64,000 nt of DNA from Camelus ferus. Lineage: Eukaryota. Position 1 is the first letter of the stretch. Every line of letters begins with the position of its first letter. The translations under genes and the position numbers were made by a program. This document shows positions 1 to 12,250 of the stretch, in pieces. The stretch lies in the NCBI RefSeq assembly GCF_009834535.1, contig NC_045696.1, forward strand, positions 83,268,001-83,332,000. Direction: 5' to 3'. The notes beneath the pieces are model-generated. The model was not told the origin of the DNA, did not search any database, and saw only the letters and a program-made list of their open reading frames with translations.

Positions 1-375
1 CAGGCATTTTATAGGATGTCTCTCAATTTGGATTTTTAAGATATTTATCTTATTATTAGACTGGGATTATGTGTTCTGAGGAGGAAGACCACAGAAGTGC
101 CATTTTCGTGACATCCTATCAAGGGTACGTACTATCAGCATATGACTTAGCCCTGCTGATGTCGACCTTGAGCCCCAGGCTAACATAGTGTTTGGCAGGT
201 GTTTTTACTCTTAAGTTTACTCTCATTCTTCCCCCTTTCTATACTGTACTCCTTGGAATAAAGTCATTATGCACAGCTGACATTTAAGGAGTGGAGTTAT
301 ACTTCTCCCTCTTCAAGGGCGGGGTCTATGCATAAATGATTTGGAACTCATCTGCACATACTTGCCTCTTCCCCA
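1..375 (-). mobile_element. L1MC-type LINE-1 3' UTR fragment
   Basis: Resembles the remembered L1MC1-3 3' end in reverse orientation (gaggaagaccacagaagtgccatt...aagggtacgtactatcagcatatgactta...gatttggaactcatctgcac). Confidence 0.7.
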
Positions 376-379
376 TGTA

Positions 380-2000
380 TCATACCTTCAGTTTTGAAAA
401 CTATCTTCAGTAGAATAGAATTGTAGCTTGACAGTTCTTCTCTGTGAGCACTTCAAACATGACATTCCAGTATCATTTACATTTCCTTTTGAATGTAATA
501 TGATTGTTTTTCTCTGTCTGCTTTTAACATTTTCTTTTTGTCCTGTTTCTGGTATGTTTTACTATGATATGCTTTAAAGTGTGTGGGCTTTTCTTTTTCT
601 TTTTCTTTTTTTTTTTTTTTTTTTTGTAGTTTTCCCTCCTTGGAGTTTGTGACGCAGCACAATTCTGTGATTTAATGTCTCTCATTCAGTTTTGGAGAAA
701 CTGTTCTCACCATTATATGTTCAAATACTGCTTTTGCTCATTTCCCTCTCCTCTTTCTAGTATTGCATAATACACGTTTCTGAGACCTTTGACCTCTACA
801 TCATTCATCTTATGCTACTTTCTGTTTTGATTTATTACCTTTTTTTTCTTTGTTTGCTTTCACCTAGATATAGTCCACTAATCTGTCTTTCAGGTTATTA
901 ATTCTACAAACAACTGTTTATGAAATACCATTAATTCCATCTACTGCTTTCCCCACTAAAGTTATTTTCTTTTTCATTTCTACTATATACAGTTGATTCT
1001 TTTTATAAATTCTACGTCTTAAGTGAAATTTTCCATCTTGTCATCAATTTTCTCATTTTTATAAATCCATTCTTTATTTACTTTCTTTATGATATTGAAA
1101 CTGCACTCTGTAAACCTTTCTGCTTTGCCAGCTGGTACAATGGTAAGCCTTCTTAATAGAGGTCACTGGAGAAACACTGCAAGAGAAAGGACTTATCAGT
1201 TTGGTTCCAGTGCTTTCCGTTTTGCAGGTATGTTCACTGTGGCTGCCAGCACGGTGCTTCCTTGTCAGTGGGAAGCTTGTCTGTCAGCAAGCAGCAACCC
1301 CGCCAGCGGGTCTCACCCATGCTCCAGCAGGCAGCTTCCCAGTGAGTCTCACTGCTACCCCAGTGGGCAGGTTCCTGCCCACCATCCCTGGGCAGCAGCC
1401 CCTTGGCAAACTTTTATGCTACAAGTTCTTCAATGAGCTCTGAATTTCAACTTGGTGGAAGATTGGAAGAATGCTTCTAAGTTTGTTCCTTTCTTGGGTA
1501 CTCTCCTAGACATAGTGGCTGTTCCCTACATCTGCTATTCCTATATTCTTTAACATTCTCTTAACCCTTCTTAATACTGTATCTCCAGTTTCTAATTAAT
1601 AATCTTTATAATACTTTTTTTTTCTGATCACATCCTTGCCGTGGCTTTTCTGTTACTCGACTCTGGTATTCCCTCTCTCCAGTAGCTTGATTCCTGAAAC
1701 TTTGGCTTCCATGATGGCTCTGAATTCCAATTCACACCTTCCCAGCCCAGTGAGAATGATGATTGCCCTTTTCTTCTTATTAGCAGCAGTTTTCTTATCT
1801 TCCGGCATTTCCTACTACGTCACTTATGAATCAGTCCCGCAAGGGGAAAATCCTCACTGATGTTCCTGGATGCCATGATATTCTCTGATACCTGCAGATG
1901 ACTGATTTTTCTTTTTATGTTACATGAAACTTTTCTAGTTGTTCTCGGCAAGAGTATTGGTCTGCTACTATTTAGATCATTGTAGCCAGTAAAAGAATGC
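380..2000 (-). mobile_element. Ancient L1/HAL1 ORF1-region remnant, interrupted by an LTR
   Basis: ORF 477-662(-) contains QKQDKKKMLKADREKQSYYI, which resembles the L1 ORF1p motif KDKEKILKAAREK. T-rich + strand; HAL1-like end near 1930-1995. Confidence 0.55.
1101..1668 (+). mobile_element. ERVL solo LTR, LTR33-like
   Basis: Starts ctctgtaaacctttctgctttgccagctgg and ends taataatctttata...gtggcttttctgttactcgactctgg, resembling LTR33-family ends. Confidence 0.6.
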
Positions 2001-2738
2001 CTATTTACACTGTTTCTTGATCCTCCTTACTTTTCCTTATTTTAGTCCAAAGAAAACTCCGTTAACTGAGATATTATGTGCTTGTTTATTTTTCTTACAG
2101 CTTGACTCAGCCAGTAAGCCAGGAATTCATGAAATGATTAACAAAGAGGACAAGACTCTAAATAGGTCCTGAGCTTCGTGTTGCAGTCTATTACAGAGAG
2201 AAAGGCCCGTGAACAGTGACTTCCTAAAGAATATTTGGGTACAAGTTTACATACAAGTTTGGATATTATTCTCTAAAGCTTAATTTGCTGGAAAACAAAA
2301 AAGGAGATATGTTGGAATAGGTTAGATATCAAGGGTCCTGTGATTCCACTCTTAAGAATTCATCCAAAAATATATTCCAATGGAATTTGACTGTGTTAGA
2401 CACCTTTTCATACATAATATCATGCAGACCTTATAAGGAACTGATGGAATCACTAACATAATGTTGAATAAGCAAAAAGGTATGGCCATTAAAAAAATCC
2501 TGAAAGTCATATATATATTAAGCAAAACATTTATTACAACTTAAATGTTCATCAACATGGAAATAATTAAGTAAATTAAATGGAGCGCTTTAATGCAGTC
2601 CTTACAAGTTGTAATTGTGATGGCTGGAAAGCAATATGGAAAACTGTTAGTTGCATTGTTTCTATGTTTTAGTTGCAACTATAGAAGCCATCTATTCTTA
2701 TGGAGAAAGCTTAGAAAGATTTAAAAAGTAAATAATCT

Positions 2739-3448
2739 TGAGACAGGAGGGAAGGGGGCAGGGCACAGTCACTAAAAGCATGATACATCAAGACGGTGTA
2801 AAATTCAACTCCCAGCAGACCTTGAGCTTGAGTAAATTGGTTAATATACACTCATTGAAATACAGCTGCACGCTAAATGGTACTCCCACAGGCGCCATGC
2901 CAGTCTTAGGGTTGACCATAAAAGGTCAAAGGGTGGGTGATGACCCAGTTCCTAGGAATTCCCAACCCCTTCCTCAAAGTAGTTGGAATAATCCTCCCAC
3001 TGTTAGCATATGAAGTTACTGAGCCCATAAAATACTAGCAACACTGAGCCTCATGGCCGCTCTCCCGGCTGAGTCTGTTGGACTGCACTCTGTCTATGGA
3101 TTGTGTAACTACTTTAAACACCCCCCCCCCCCACCATGACCCAGGCCTTTCCCTCCCTCACCTTCGGAGATGGCCCACACTCTGCCTATAAAGTATATAC
3201 CTTTTAAACTGAGCACTTAGCCCCCACACCTTTTGGCTTTTCTCTTCCCTTCTAAAACAGCCTGCACTCTGTCTATGGAGTATGTATCTCACTGAATAAA
3301 TCCCCCTTTACTCAACCATGGCTCACTCTTGAATTCTCTCCTGCGCAAAGCCAAGGACCAACACTTGGCTAGTGGGGCACATCCAAGGGATTCAACTGAG
3401 ACCTGGAATACAGCCATCCTCTCGCCGCACATTCTTTATCCTTTATCA
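2739..3448 (+). mobile_element. ERV1 solo LTR, MER41-like
   Basis: TG...CA termini; near-TSD atct/attt; AATAAA at about 3295 followed by ctcttgaattctctcctgcgcaaagccaaggac; three internal cactctg(t/c)ctat repeats typical of MER41-like LTRs. Confidence 0.8.
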
Positions 3449-3844
3449 ATTTGACCTAACAGTGGTAGAGTTATGTCTTTTAAAGTTTTAGTTTGGGTTG
3501 TAATATTACCTGTGCCATCATTACTTTAAAAAATAAGTCTGAGATGTCTAACAGACAGTAAAAAAAAGAATAAAACCATGGATTACATAATTTTCAGTGA
3601 CTGTTCGAAAGGAAATATTTGTTTTTGAGGAGGGACAGATTTTTGCTGGCATTAAACTCTTATGGAAATTTGAACATAAGAATCATTGGATGAAACAATG
3701 ACAAAGTCTTCAACAGAGGTTTTTCCAAAAATGCCAACATGTTCTACATCAATTTTTGACTAATATTGACCTGTACTTTTAAAAGGTGAGACCTAATGGA
3801 GCAGCATATGATGGCAAAATTACTTCAATTGAAAGCTAAATCAA

Positions 3845-4097
3845 TATGGCCCAAATTGCCTCTACCTGGTTTTACCTGAAATAAATCTAGAATTTTTAAA
3901 AGGAAAATAATGCTGGTTTGCATAGCTCTGAACAGGGCTTTGGAGAATAATTTATGCTTTTGGACCAAACCCATCCTTTCTAAGTGTTTTCCCAGTTCAC
4001 CACAGTCTTTCCCATAATCTATTCCTTCTCGCTGAGCAATCTCGTTTATTTTATTTGACTGGCTCTGAAGGCATCTGGCTTTACCCTTCCTAGTCTG
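3845..4097 (-). mobile_element. hAT-Charlie MER102-like DNA transposon remnant
   Basis: ccagttcaccacagtc...ctggctctgaaggcatctgg resembles the reverse of the MER102 consensus. Confidence 0.45.
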
Positions 4098-4799
4098 AAA
4101 GACGTGGCTTCAAATCCCTAATCCCAAATTCACAGATCTCTCTCAGGGAAGATCAGGATAGACATGGAGAGGCTGGATGAAGAGAAGGACCCCCCACCCC
4201 TAGCTGATCACCTCTAACTCAAGAAGCGAAAAACTGCTTTCATTGATTTTATATCGGGAAGCTCTCGACTTAAAGTCTGTTTGAATAAAGTGCTTATTTT
4301 TGCTACTAAAAATATTTGAAAATCCCTTCCCTAGACTGTTAGCATCTGATTACAGGGGAGTTGAAGGCAAGGTCTTTTACTTCTAAAGAATGTGAATAAA
4401 TATATCTCTGGGAGATAATATGAAAGAAAACTGTCACTGAAGATACCTAGTTTTGATGCTGAAATATGAAGATAATAAATATCATGTGAAAGGACCCCTT
4501 TCCACATGTGTCTATTTACCTTAAATGCTAACAGTTGTGCACAAAGTAACAAATGTCAAACTAAACTTGGCCCTTCAGAAAACTCATAATCAAACTGATA
4601 AGATGAGACCTATACATTAGCAAGAGTTAAGAAATAAAAGACAATTAAAGGTTCTGTTGGTCAAAATGATTAATATATAAAAATAACATTAAAAGGACTT
4701 AAATCTCTTTCTTCTGCTCAAGAAGAATTTGAGTAGCAAGAAAAAAAAAAAAAGAAACAGCTAAAGATATTTTACAAATATGTTTAATGTTTTTGTCTC

Positions 4800-5720
4800 T
4801 AAAATAACACCAGTAGTAAAAAACATAAATGAAAGAAGCTAATAGATTGTTTCATAAACTTTAAAATCTCCCACTCTGAGAGACCAAAATTAAAAGACAA
4901 ATAACAAATAAAGCAAACAACATCGACACGTAAAAGGCAAAAAAGGCAGAAATCATTAATATATAAAAAGTTAGCAATAAATCAAAAGGAAAAGGTAAAC
5001 TCTCCCAAACAGAAATTTGGTCTTATGACATGAAATCAATTGGAAAAAAATCAGAAATACGAATATCCAATAAATGTTAAATATTTGAACCTAATTGTTA
5101 ATCAAAGAAATTAAAATGAAAATAAAGTTAATACTAATTCTCTATCAGGTTTACAAAGATTAAAATCAATGCTACTGTGCAAGGACTATAAGGGTGTGAT
5201 GAAAGGTTTGTACCATACTTTGCTACTAAGAGCACAAACTAAGAAATAGTTTCTGAGATTCACGTGTCTACAAAAATCAGAATACACATAGACTTTTCCA
5301 CCCAGCAATTCTACTTTCAAGAATAGACACTAAGGAGATAATGACAAGTGCCCATTATGTTTTATGTATTTTTAATACCAGAGGAGGTAAAATAGAAACT
5401 AAGTATCAAATAGTAGTATGCAAATTATAATACATATCAATCAAAGACCACCATAAAATAATTAACAATCATATTCCAGGAGAAGATTTATTTACCTTTG
5501 CAAATGTCAAGACTAAGGGTGTGTATACTTACACATGCATATATAATGGTAATCCCACATATTTGCTTACCTGTCAAACATTTTTTTAAATGCAAGGGCA
5601 TACTCAAATACACTAGAAGTGCTTATCTTTAAATGAAGTGATTGTGGATAGTTTCTGTTTTGTTGCTCTGCACCTGCCTGCTTCCCAGATTTTTTGCAGT
5701 GAGCATACTTTCAGAAAAAC
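4800..5720 (+). mobile_element. Old L1ME-type ORF2 3'/3' UTR remnant
   Basis: A-rich; motifs aatcaaagaaattaaaatgaaa and cacccagcaattctactttcaagaat resemble the L1 ORF2 C-terminal coding region. Confidence 0.6.
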
Positions 5721-6424
5721 AGCACAATAAGTGCAAAAAACATATTTGCTAAGTTAAGGCTAAAAGGCTTCCTTTCCCTTTTACATGCTCTCTGCCGTGG
5801 TGCACCATTATATCACTTCATTGTGTTCACTTGAATTTTAGAATATGTAGTGTGCTTTTTAAAAATGACGAGTAATCTTTAAGATTTTGCTTGTTAAGCT
5901 GCTTTGTAAAGAGCTTAAAGCTGCTCAGTGATACAGAATGTTGGCATTTTATTCAGTCCATTTCCCGTGGCCAAGGCTATATCATCCAACAAGTTGCATG
6001 CTCCATAGTTGAGAAAGCGGCAATGCATGTGAATGCTTCTGATCTCTGGAGAAATCTTCACATTCAAATGATAAGGATAGCATTCTAGAATACCCTCCGC
6101 AGAAGGTATGCAGGAGATCACATATTCTCGTGAAAACCAGACCCATGCTTATGTACTGAAGATTTGATGAAAGGAGAGAATGTCACACTGTCTATATCCA
6201 GAATCTCCTGTCAGGGCTTAAGTGGAGACCCTTTAAGGACAACTACATGTAACAAGCATTTGAGTTCCCTGGGCAGGTCCCGACTCCAAATGTAATGGTG
6301 CTTTCTATCAAGCTTTAGTCTTGATCTGCCAGGGCACAAATGAGCACAGGAGTAAACTAACTCCTTTATGAAATATTGGATGCTGACTTCATAGTTAATT
6401 TTGTTATCTATACAGCAAGGGAAA

Positions 6425-6551
6425 AAAGTAATTACTTTTTACAGCTATTGTGAGGATTAAATTATATAATGCATTTAAAATACTTAACAGTTTCTAGATT
6501 AAAATAAGCCCTTTAAATAGTGTTGTTGTTGTTGTTGTTATTGTTGTTATT
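6425..6551 (+). mobile_element. MIR 3' fragment ending in a (GTT)n microsatellite
   Basis: ttgtgaggattaaattatataatgcatttaaaatacttaacag resembles the MIR 3' end; imperfect gtt repeat at 6522-6551. Confidence 0.65.
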
Positions 6552-7807
6552 AACTAAACATGTGCTTTTATTATGATATACTTGAGAATTCAAGCCTTGA
6601 TCACAGAAAGCACTCAATTTTTTGTTTAATTTGTATTGAACATGAATTCCATTTTGATATGGATAGAATTATAAATTTATAGTAACAAATACCATATTTC
6701 TTGCTCTACACACAGAAAACTCAAAAACAACTTTGCTTTTTCCTCTTAAAACACCATTTTGATGCAACCCTATTGTATTCATGTACAATCTGAGATTTTT
6801 TTTTTAATTGGCTGAATAATCCAACCAAAAGATAGATTTCATTACTAGTGTTTGTTCAGTAGTCAGTTACATATTGACATCAATAAATAAAAAAATAAAC
6901 ATTTATTTCCAATTCTGTTTTTTACTTTTCTCTAATAAGTAAATAAGAAAGCACAGTACATATTTGGTGACCTCCAGTACTCAGAAAAAAATTAAAATAT
7001 AATATTATTTTTATCAACTGAAAAATCAGTGTTCATAAGTAAAAACTTTTGAAAGTCATTGGCTTTGAGGATGGTTCTGAAAACCAAGTTAATACTTAGG
7101 ATTTAAAATTGCAGTTTTATAAAATACTCACTGCATGATAGGTTTCAGGCTGTTTCATGTGTCCAATGTCATTCAAGGTTGCAAATAAATTTGGCCTTTC
7201 AAAAGCAAGATGAATGACAAAAATTGCCTGACATATAGCAAGTCTTCTAGGTTAGGCATGACAAGAGTTCAATGATATCATCAAGGCTATCAATCCATCT
7301 GTAATGACATACTGCAGTCTCTTCAAGAATTAAATATCATGTTTGCAAGAAAAGTGTTGCATTTCTGGTTGTAGGACAAAAAACATATAATAGAAATGCA
7401 AACACATAAAAGATCTGTTAAATTAGCTGCACAAATAAGCTATTGATTTCTACCTTAAAACAAATTTGTGAATTTGAATCCTTATATCTGATCATTTTCC
7501 TAAAATATACTTCGATTCTAAAATCACATGATCCATTTAGTCTGTGATTATTGGATTTTAGGGATCGCTAATACTGCTTTCAGGAATGGAGCAAATACTG
7601 AACAGAGGTGGCCACAGCACAGACTAAAAAAGCAAAATTAGAAGTGCTTCCATTTTACTCACATCTTTCTCTAGATGCATTTGGCCCAATTTAGCATGCG
7701 CATTTTTGTTTTTAAAGGATTGTGTGTTTGTTCTGCGAAAATAACACTTACTAGTAAGGTAAACTCCCAAGCATAATTGCCTTTAATTCAAATTCTCTAT
7801 GCAGTTT

Positions 7808-7950
7808 GTTTGTTTTGTTTTGTTTATTGGCGGGGGGGTGGGGGTAGTTAAGTTTGCTTATTCATTTTTAAAGGAGGTACTGGATGTTGAACCCAGTACG
7901 TTGTGCATGCTAAGCATGTGCTCTAGCGCTTGAGCTATGTCCTTCCAACC
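7808..7950 (-). mobile_element. tRNA-derived camelid SINE (Vic-1-like)
   Basis: Reverse strand reads atagctcaagcgctagagcacatgcttagcatgcacaacgtactgggttcaacatccagtacctcc (A and B boxes) plus an A-rich tail; TSD ctatgc(a/t)gttt at 7797-7807 and 7951-7961. Confidence 0.85.
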
Positions 7951-8756
7951 CTATGCTGTTTTTATATCACTTTTTCCAAGTAGCTCCAAAAAAATAGCTC
8001 CACTGTGTGATATGCTGGAAAGTTGTAGGTTTCTGAAAAACACGGTCTTACTGAATTGTTAGCTCTTGTCCATGAAGGAAAAAAAAGTCACAATAAATCT
8101 ACAACACAACTAATAAAAATCAGATGAGGAACTAAAACCAACTAGCTCTTTTGGCCTATACTTTCCTTAAACTATCAACAACACAAATCAGTCATGGTTA
8201 ATGATTATAATTACCAATTATATATTGCTTCACATAATTAACATTTGTGTATTTGCATCATATTCTCACATTCTGGGTTACACTTAAACTTCACAAATCA
8301 AGGAAATACAGTAGGTCTTATTACCAGTGATGGAACAGTATAACTTTCCAAATTGAGGTAGCCATGGCTGAGAAACGTCTATCCCAGAAAAATATTAAGA
8401 AATCATATAAGCCTCTGTTGCCTGAAGTAAAATGAGATATTCTAAATCTATCTTTAAGCTGGGTTCTTAAATTTTCTTTTATTCATGCATCATTACAGGA
8501 CAATGGGAGGAACAGATGTCACATTAGTGCTGATAGTGTTTGTTTTATCCATAACAATGATCTATCCTCCAATGTGTCAAGAAGATAAATTTTAACCATA
8601 GCTATTCATTTATTTATGAAGCATAGGTCCCTCTATGACCTAGAAAATTTCCCAGTCCAAGGTATGACAAGTGATGATAATTTTGGGATTGCAAATTCAA
8701 CTATTGATTTATATTTTAGAAATAAGGCAACTGGTAGTCTATGAGATTATAATTAT

Positions 8757-8950
8757 TCTTTTTTTCTAATAATTTTTTAGATATCTTTGATATGTACAAA
8801 TAATTGTATAAGTTTAATGTATACAACTTGATGTTTTGATGTACGTCTACGTTATGCAAAGATCACCACAGTTAAGGTAAATAACTCATCCATTACTTCT
8901 TTATAATTGCCATTGTGTGTGGGTATGTGTGTTCATGTGAAGAAGATTTC
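8757..8950 (-). mobile_element. Older L1 (L1MA9-like) extreme 3' end; non-inverted part of the outer element
   Basis: Reverse complement reads atcaaaacatcaagttgtatacattaaacttatacaattatttg followed by an A-rich tail. Confidence 0.8.
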
Positions 8951-9294
8951 ATATATAAGGAACTCATATTACTCAATGGTAAAATCCCCAGATATCACAA
9001 TTTAAAAATGGGCAAAGGATCTAAATAGACATTCTTCAAAAGAAGACATAGAAATAACCAAGAGGTATATGAAAAGGTGCTCAACGTCACTAATCATCAG
9101 GAAAATGCAAACAAAAACCACAATGTGATGTCACCTCACTCTTGTTAAAATGGCAAATATCAAAAACATAATAAATAACAAGTGCTGGTAAGGTTGTAGA
9201 GAAAAGACCACCCTTATGCACTGTTGGGGGAAATGCAAATTGGTACAGCCATTATGGAAAACAGTACTGAGGTTCCTCAAATTTTAAAAATAGA
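8951..9294 (+). mobile_element. Older L1 ORF2 3' region; left half of the inverted segment of the outer element
   Basis: aaaaatgggcaaaggatctaaatagacattc...gaaaaggtgctcaacgtcactaatcatcagg is typical L1 ORF2 sequence; it resumes at 10395. Confidence 0.85.
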
Positions 9295-10014
9295 TGAGTT
9301 CATTAGTGTCTTTTTTCTTTTTTTAGATTCCACATATAAGTGATATCATATGGTATTTTTCTTTCTCTTTCTGGCTTACTTCACTTAGAATGACGATCTC
9401 CAGGTCCATCCATGTTGCTGCAAAAGGCATTATTTTATTACTTTTTATGGCTGAGTAGTATTCCATTGTATAAATATGCCATAACTTCTTTATTCAGTCA
9501 TCTGTCAATGGACATTTAGGTTGCTTCCATGTCTTGGCTATTGTATATAGTGCTTCTATGAACATTGGGGTGCATGTATCTTTCCAAATGAGAGTTCCCT
9601 CTGAATATATACCCAGAAGTGGGATTGCTGGATCATACGATAAGTCTATTTTTAGTTTTTTGAGGAATTCCCATTCTGTTTTCCATACTGTTTTTCTGCA
9701 CCAAACTACATTCCCACCAGCAGTGTAGGAGGGTTCGCTTTTCTCCACGCCCTCTCCAGCATTTATCATTCATGGACTTTTGACTGATGCCATTCTGACT
9801 GGTGTGAGGTGGTACCTCACTGTAGTTTTGATTTGCATTTCTCTGATAATTAGCAATATTGAGCATTTTTTCATGTACCTATTGGCCATTTGTATGTCTT
9901 CATTGGAGAATTGCTTGTTTAGGAGTTCTGTCCATTTTTGGAATAGGTTGTTTCTTTGATTTTTTTTGTTATTAAGTTGTATGAGCTATTTATATTATTG
10001 TAGAAAGTAAACCC
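9295..10014 (-). mobile_element. Young camelid L1, inverted 5' segment (ORF2 C-terminus and start of 3' UTR)
   Basis: ORF 9494-9769(-) gives YDPAIPLLGIY...KDTCTPMFIEALYTIAKTWKQPKCP, the L1 ORF2p C-terminal motif. Confidence 0.92.
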
Positions 10015-10394
10015 CTCACAGACATAGCAAACAATCTTATGGTTACTGGGGACACGGGGATGGGAAAAGATAAATTTGGGAGTTCAAGATTTGTAAATAT
10101 TAGCTATTATATATAAAAATAGATAAGAAACAAATTTCTTCTGTATAGCACAGGGAACCATATTCAATATCTTGTAATAACCTTTAATGAAAAAGACTAT
10201 GAAAATAAATATATGTATGTGTATGCATGACTGGGACATTATGCTGTACACCAGAAATTGACACATTGTAACTGACTACACTTCAATTCAAAAAAAATAT
10301 TCAAAGAGATCTTTGAAAAAAATTTTAAAAAGGAACCTAAACTTCCCCTTTGCCAAAAAAATAAATAAAGTACATTCTGCAAAGTAAAAAAAAA
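10015..10394 (+). mobile_element. Young camelid L1 3' UTR with A-tract, extra 3' sequence and second A tail
   Basis: ctcacagacatagcaaacaatcttatggttac...gctgtacaccagaaattgacacattgtaactgactacacttcaatt; TSD tttaaaaataga at 9283-9294 and 10395-10406. Confidence 0.9.
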
Positions 10395-10893
10395 TTTAAA
10401 AATAGAACAATCATATTATCCAGCAATCCTACTTCTGGGAATGAATCTGAAGAAACTTGAAGAGACATCTGCACCTCCATGTTCATTGCAGCAGCATTCA
10501 CAATAGCCAAGAGAAGAAGGAGACCTAAATGTTCATCAATGGATTAACAGATAAAGAAAATGTGGTATATACACACAATGAAATATTACCCAGCCTTAAA
10601 AAAAAGGGGGGGGTGGAATCTTTCCCTTTGAAACACATGGATGAACCTGGAGGACATTATGCTAAATGAAGTGAGCCAAACACAGAAAGACAAATACTGC
10701 AAAATCTCACTTTCATGTTTAAAACAATCAAACTCATAGAAGCAGAGTAGAGTGGTGGCTGCCAGGGACCCAGGGGACTGGGAAATGGGGAGATATTGAT
10801 CAAGAGTACAAGGTTTCAGTTATATAAGATGAATGGTGCTTGGAGATCTAATGTATAGCATGGTGATGAGAGTTAACAAGACTATGTTGTATG
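10395..10893 (+). mobile_element. Older L1 ORF2 end/3' UTR; right half of the inverted segment of the outer element
   Basis: atccagcaatcctacttctggga...catgttcattgcagca...ggatgaacctggaggacattatgctaaatgaa; collinear with 8951-9294. Confidence 0.85.
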
Positions 10894-11556
10894 CCATCCT
10901 TTCACTTAGTAAATGGACATCTTCTTTATGCTGAGCATGAAAGATCCAAGGAACAAACCCATTATTTTTCTTAAAGAAAAGCCTCATTCCCATAATAAGT
11001 AAGCTTACTGGCTAGTGTGGGAGATGCAATTCAACAAGTCGCTGTAAATAAACTAAAGGCAAGACTGAAATTTAAGCTTACTAAAAATCCAAGCTTTCTG
11101 GCTCTGAAGCAGGTTCAGTCTTTTCCACTCCAAGCTGCCTATTCAGAAATTATTGCCCCATTAAAAAAAATTCACTGTTTCCTCCCTCTATCTAAACTGC
11201 CATATCATTTAATGTAGCTGGAAATCATTACCCAGACGATGCAACATATATCTACCCAATCATTGGACAGTCAGCTTTTACAATTATGACAGTTGATGTG
11301 TTTACGATCCCATTAAACATGCTTTTATTCTTCCTTCCTTTAATTTTCAATCATAAAAGAAAAAGTTCACTTTGCAATAACATTTCCTGCTCCCTCAGAA
11401 TATTGATTTGAAGGAGAGGTTTTTACAACACATTCATATCACATGAAGATTTTACTTAAACCTTAAGGAATGTGCATAAATCTTCTCAAACTTTATTTTC
11501 TGGCAGCTCTGGAGTCTGGGTCCATATTCTGGCTATACACTTATTCATGCTATGAC

Positions 11557-12137
11557 TGTTCCCAGTAGGGTTGCTGTGTAAAAAATCACGCCAAAATTTG
11601 GTAGCTTAAAGACAACAGCAATTATTTTGTTATCTCAGTTTCAGTGGATCATGAATTTGGGGCAGGCTTGAGAGGCAGTTCTGGCTCTACTCATGAGGTT
11701 ACAATCACATCGAGTGGCTGGAGCCAGAAGGGCAGAGGGGGACTGGAGCTGCTGGGACTAGCCAGGTACCCCCCCTCCCCACCTCCTTGTAATCTCAAGA
11801 TTCCCCAGGTGGCCACTCATTCAGGCAACTTTGGACTTCTTCACAGCATAATGGCCTTGGGGCAGCTGGACTGGCAGCGTGGCAGCTCAAGGCTCTGGCA
11901 CAAATGTTCCAAGGACCAAGGTGGACGCTGTCTCTTCTTTCCTGACCTAGCCTTAGAAGGCACCCAGAATCACTTCTGCCACGTTCTCTTGGTTTCATTA
12001 GAGTCCCAAACCCATGCAGACTCAAGCAGAGGAATTAGACTTCCTCCCTCTCTTCATGTGGGGATGGCAAAGTCTGAGAAGACCATGCAGAAGAGGAGAC
12101 ACTGCTACAGAATCTTTGGAAAATAAAATCTGCCACA
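11557..12137 (-). mobile_element. MaLR solo LTR, MLT1H/G-like
   Basis: tgttcc...ttgctgtgtaaaaaatcacgccaaaa...cacttctgccacgttctcttgg...aaaatctgccaca; degenerate 5-bp TSD atgac/gagac. Confidence 0.8.
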
Positions 12138-12250
12138 GAGACTTTGGCCAAGTTAGCTAACTCTTCTGTGCCTCAGTTTCCTGACCTTCAAATAGGTATA
12201 ACACATGGCACATCTTGGAGTTCTTGAGGTGTCAAGAAGTTAATCTAGTT

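Noticed and set aside
1089..1443. 115-aa and 80-aa ORFs
   Set aside because: They lie within the LTR33-like element and have no recognisable domain.
7860..7950. tRNA-like A/B boxes
   Set aside because: Head of a SINE with tail and TSD, not a functional tRNA gene.
9494..9866. ORFs with clear protein similarity
   Set aside because: They are fragments of L1 ORF2 in a truncated, inverted copy, not a host gene.
11644..12126. 160-aa ORF, the longest in the track
   Set aside because: Entirely inside an MLT1 LTR; a chance frame in GC-richer repeat DNA.
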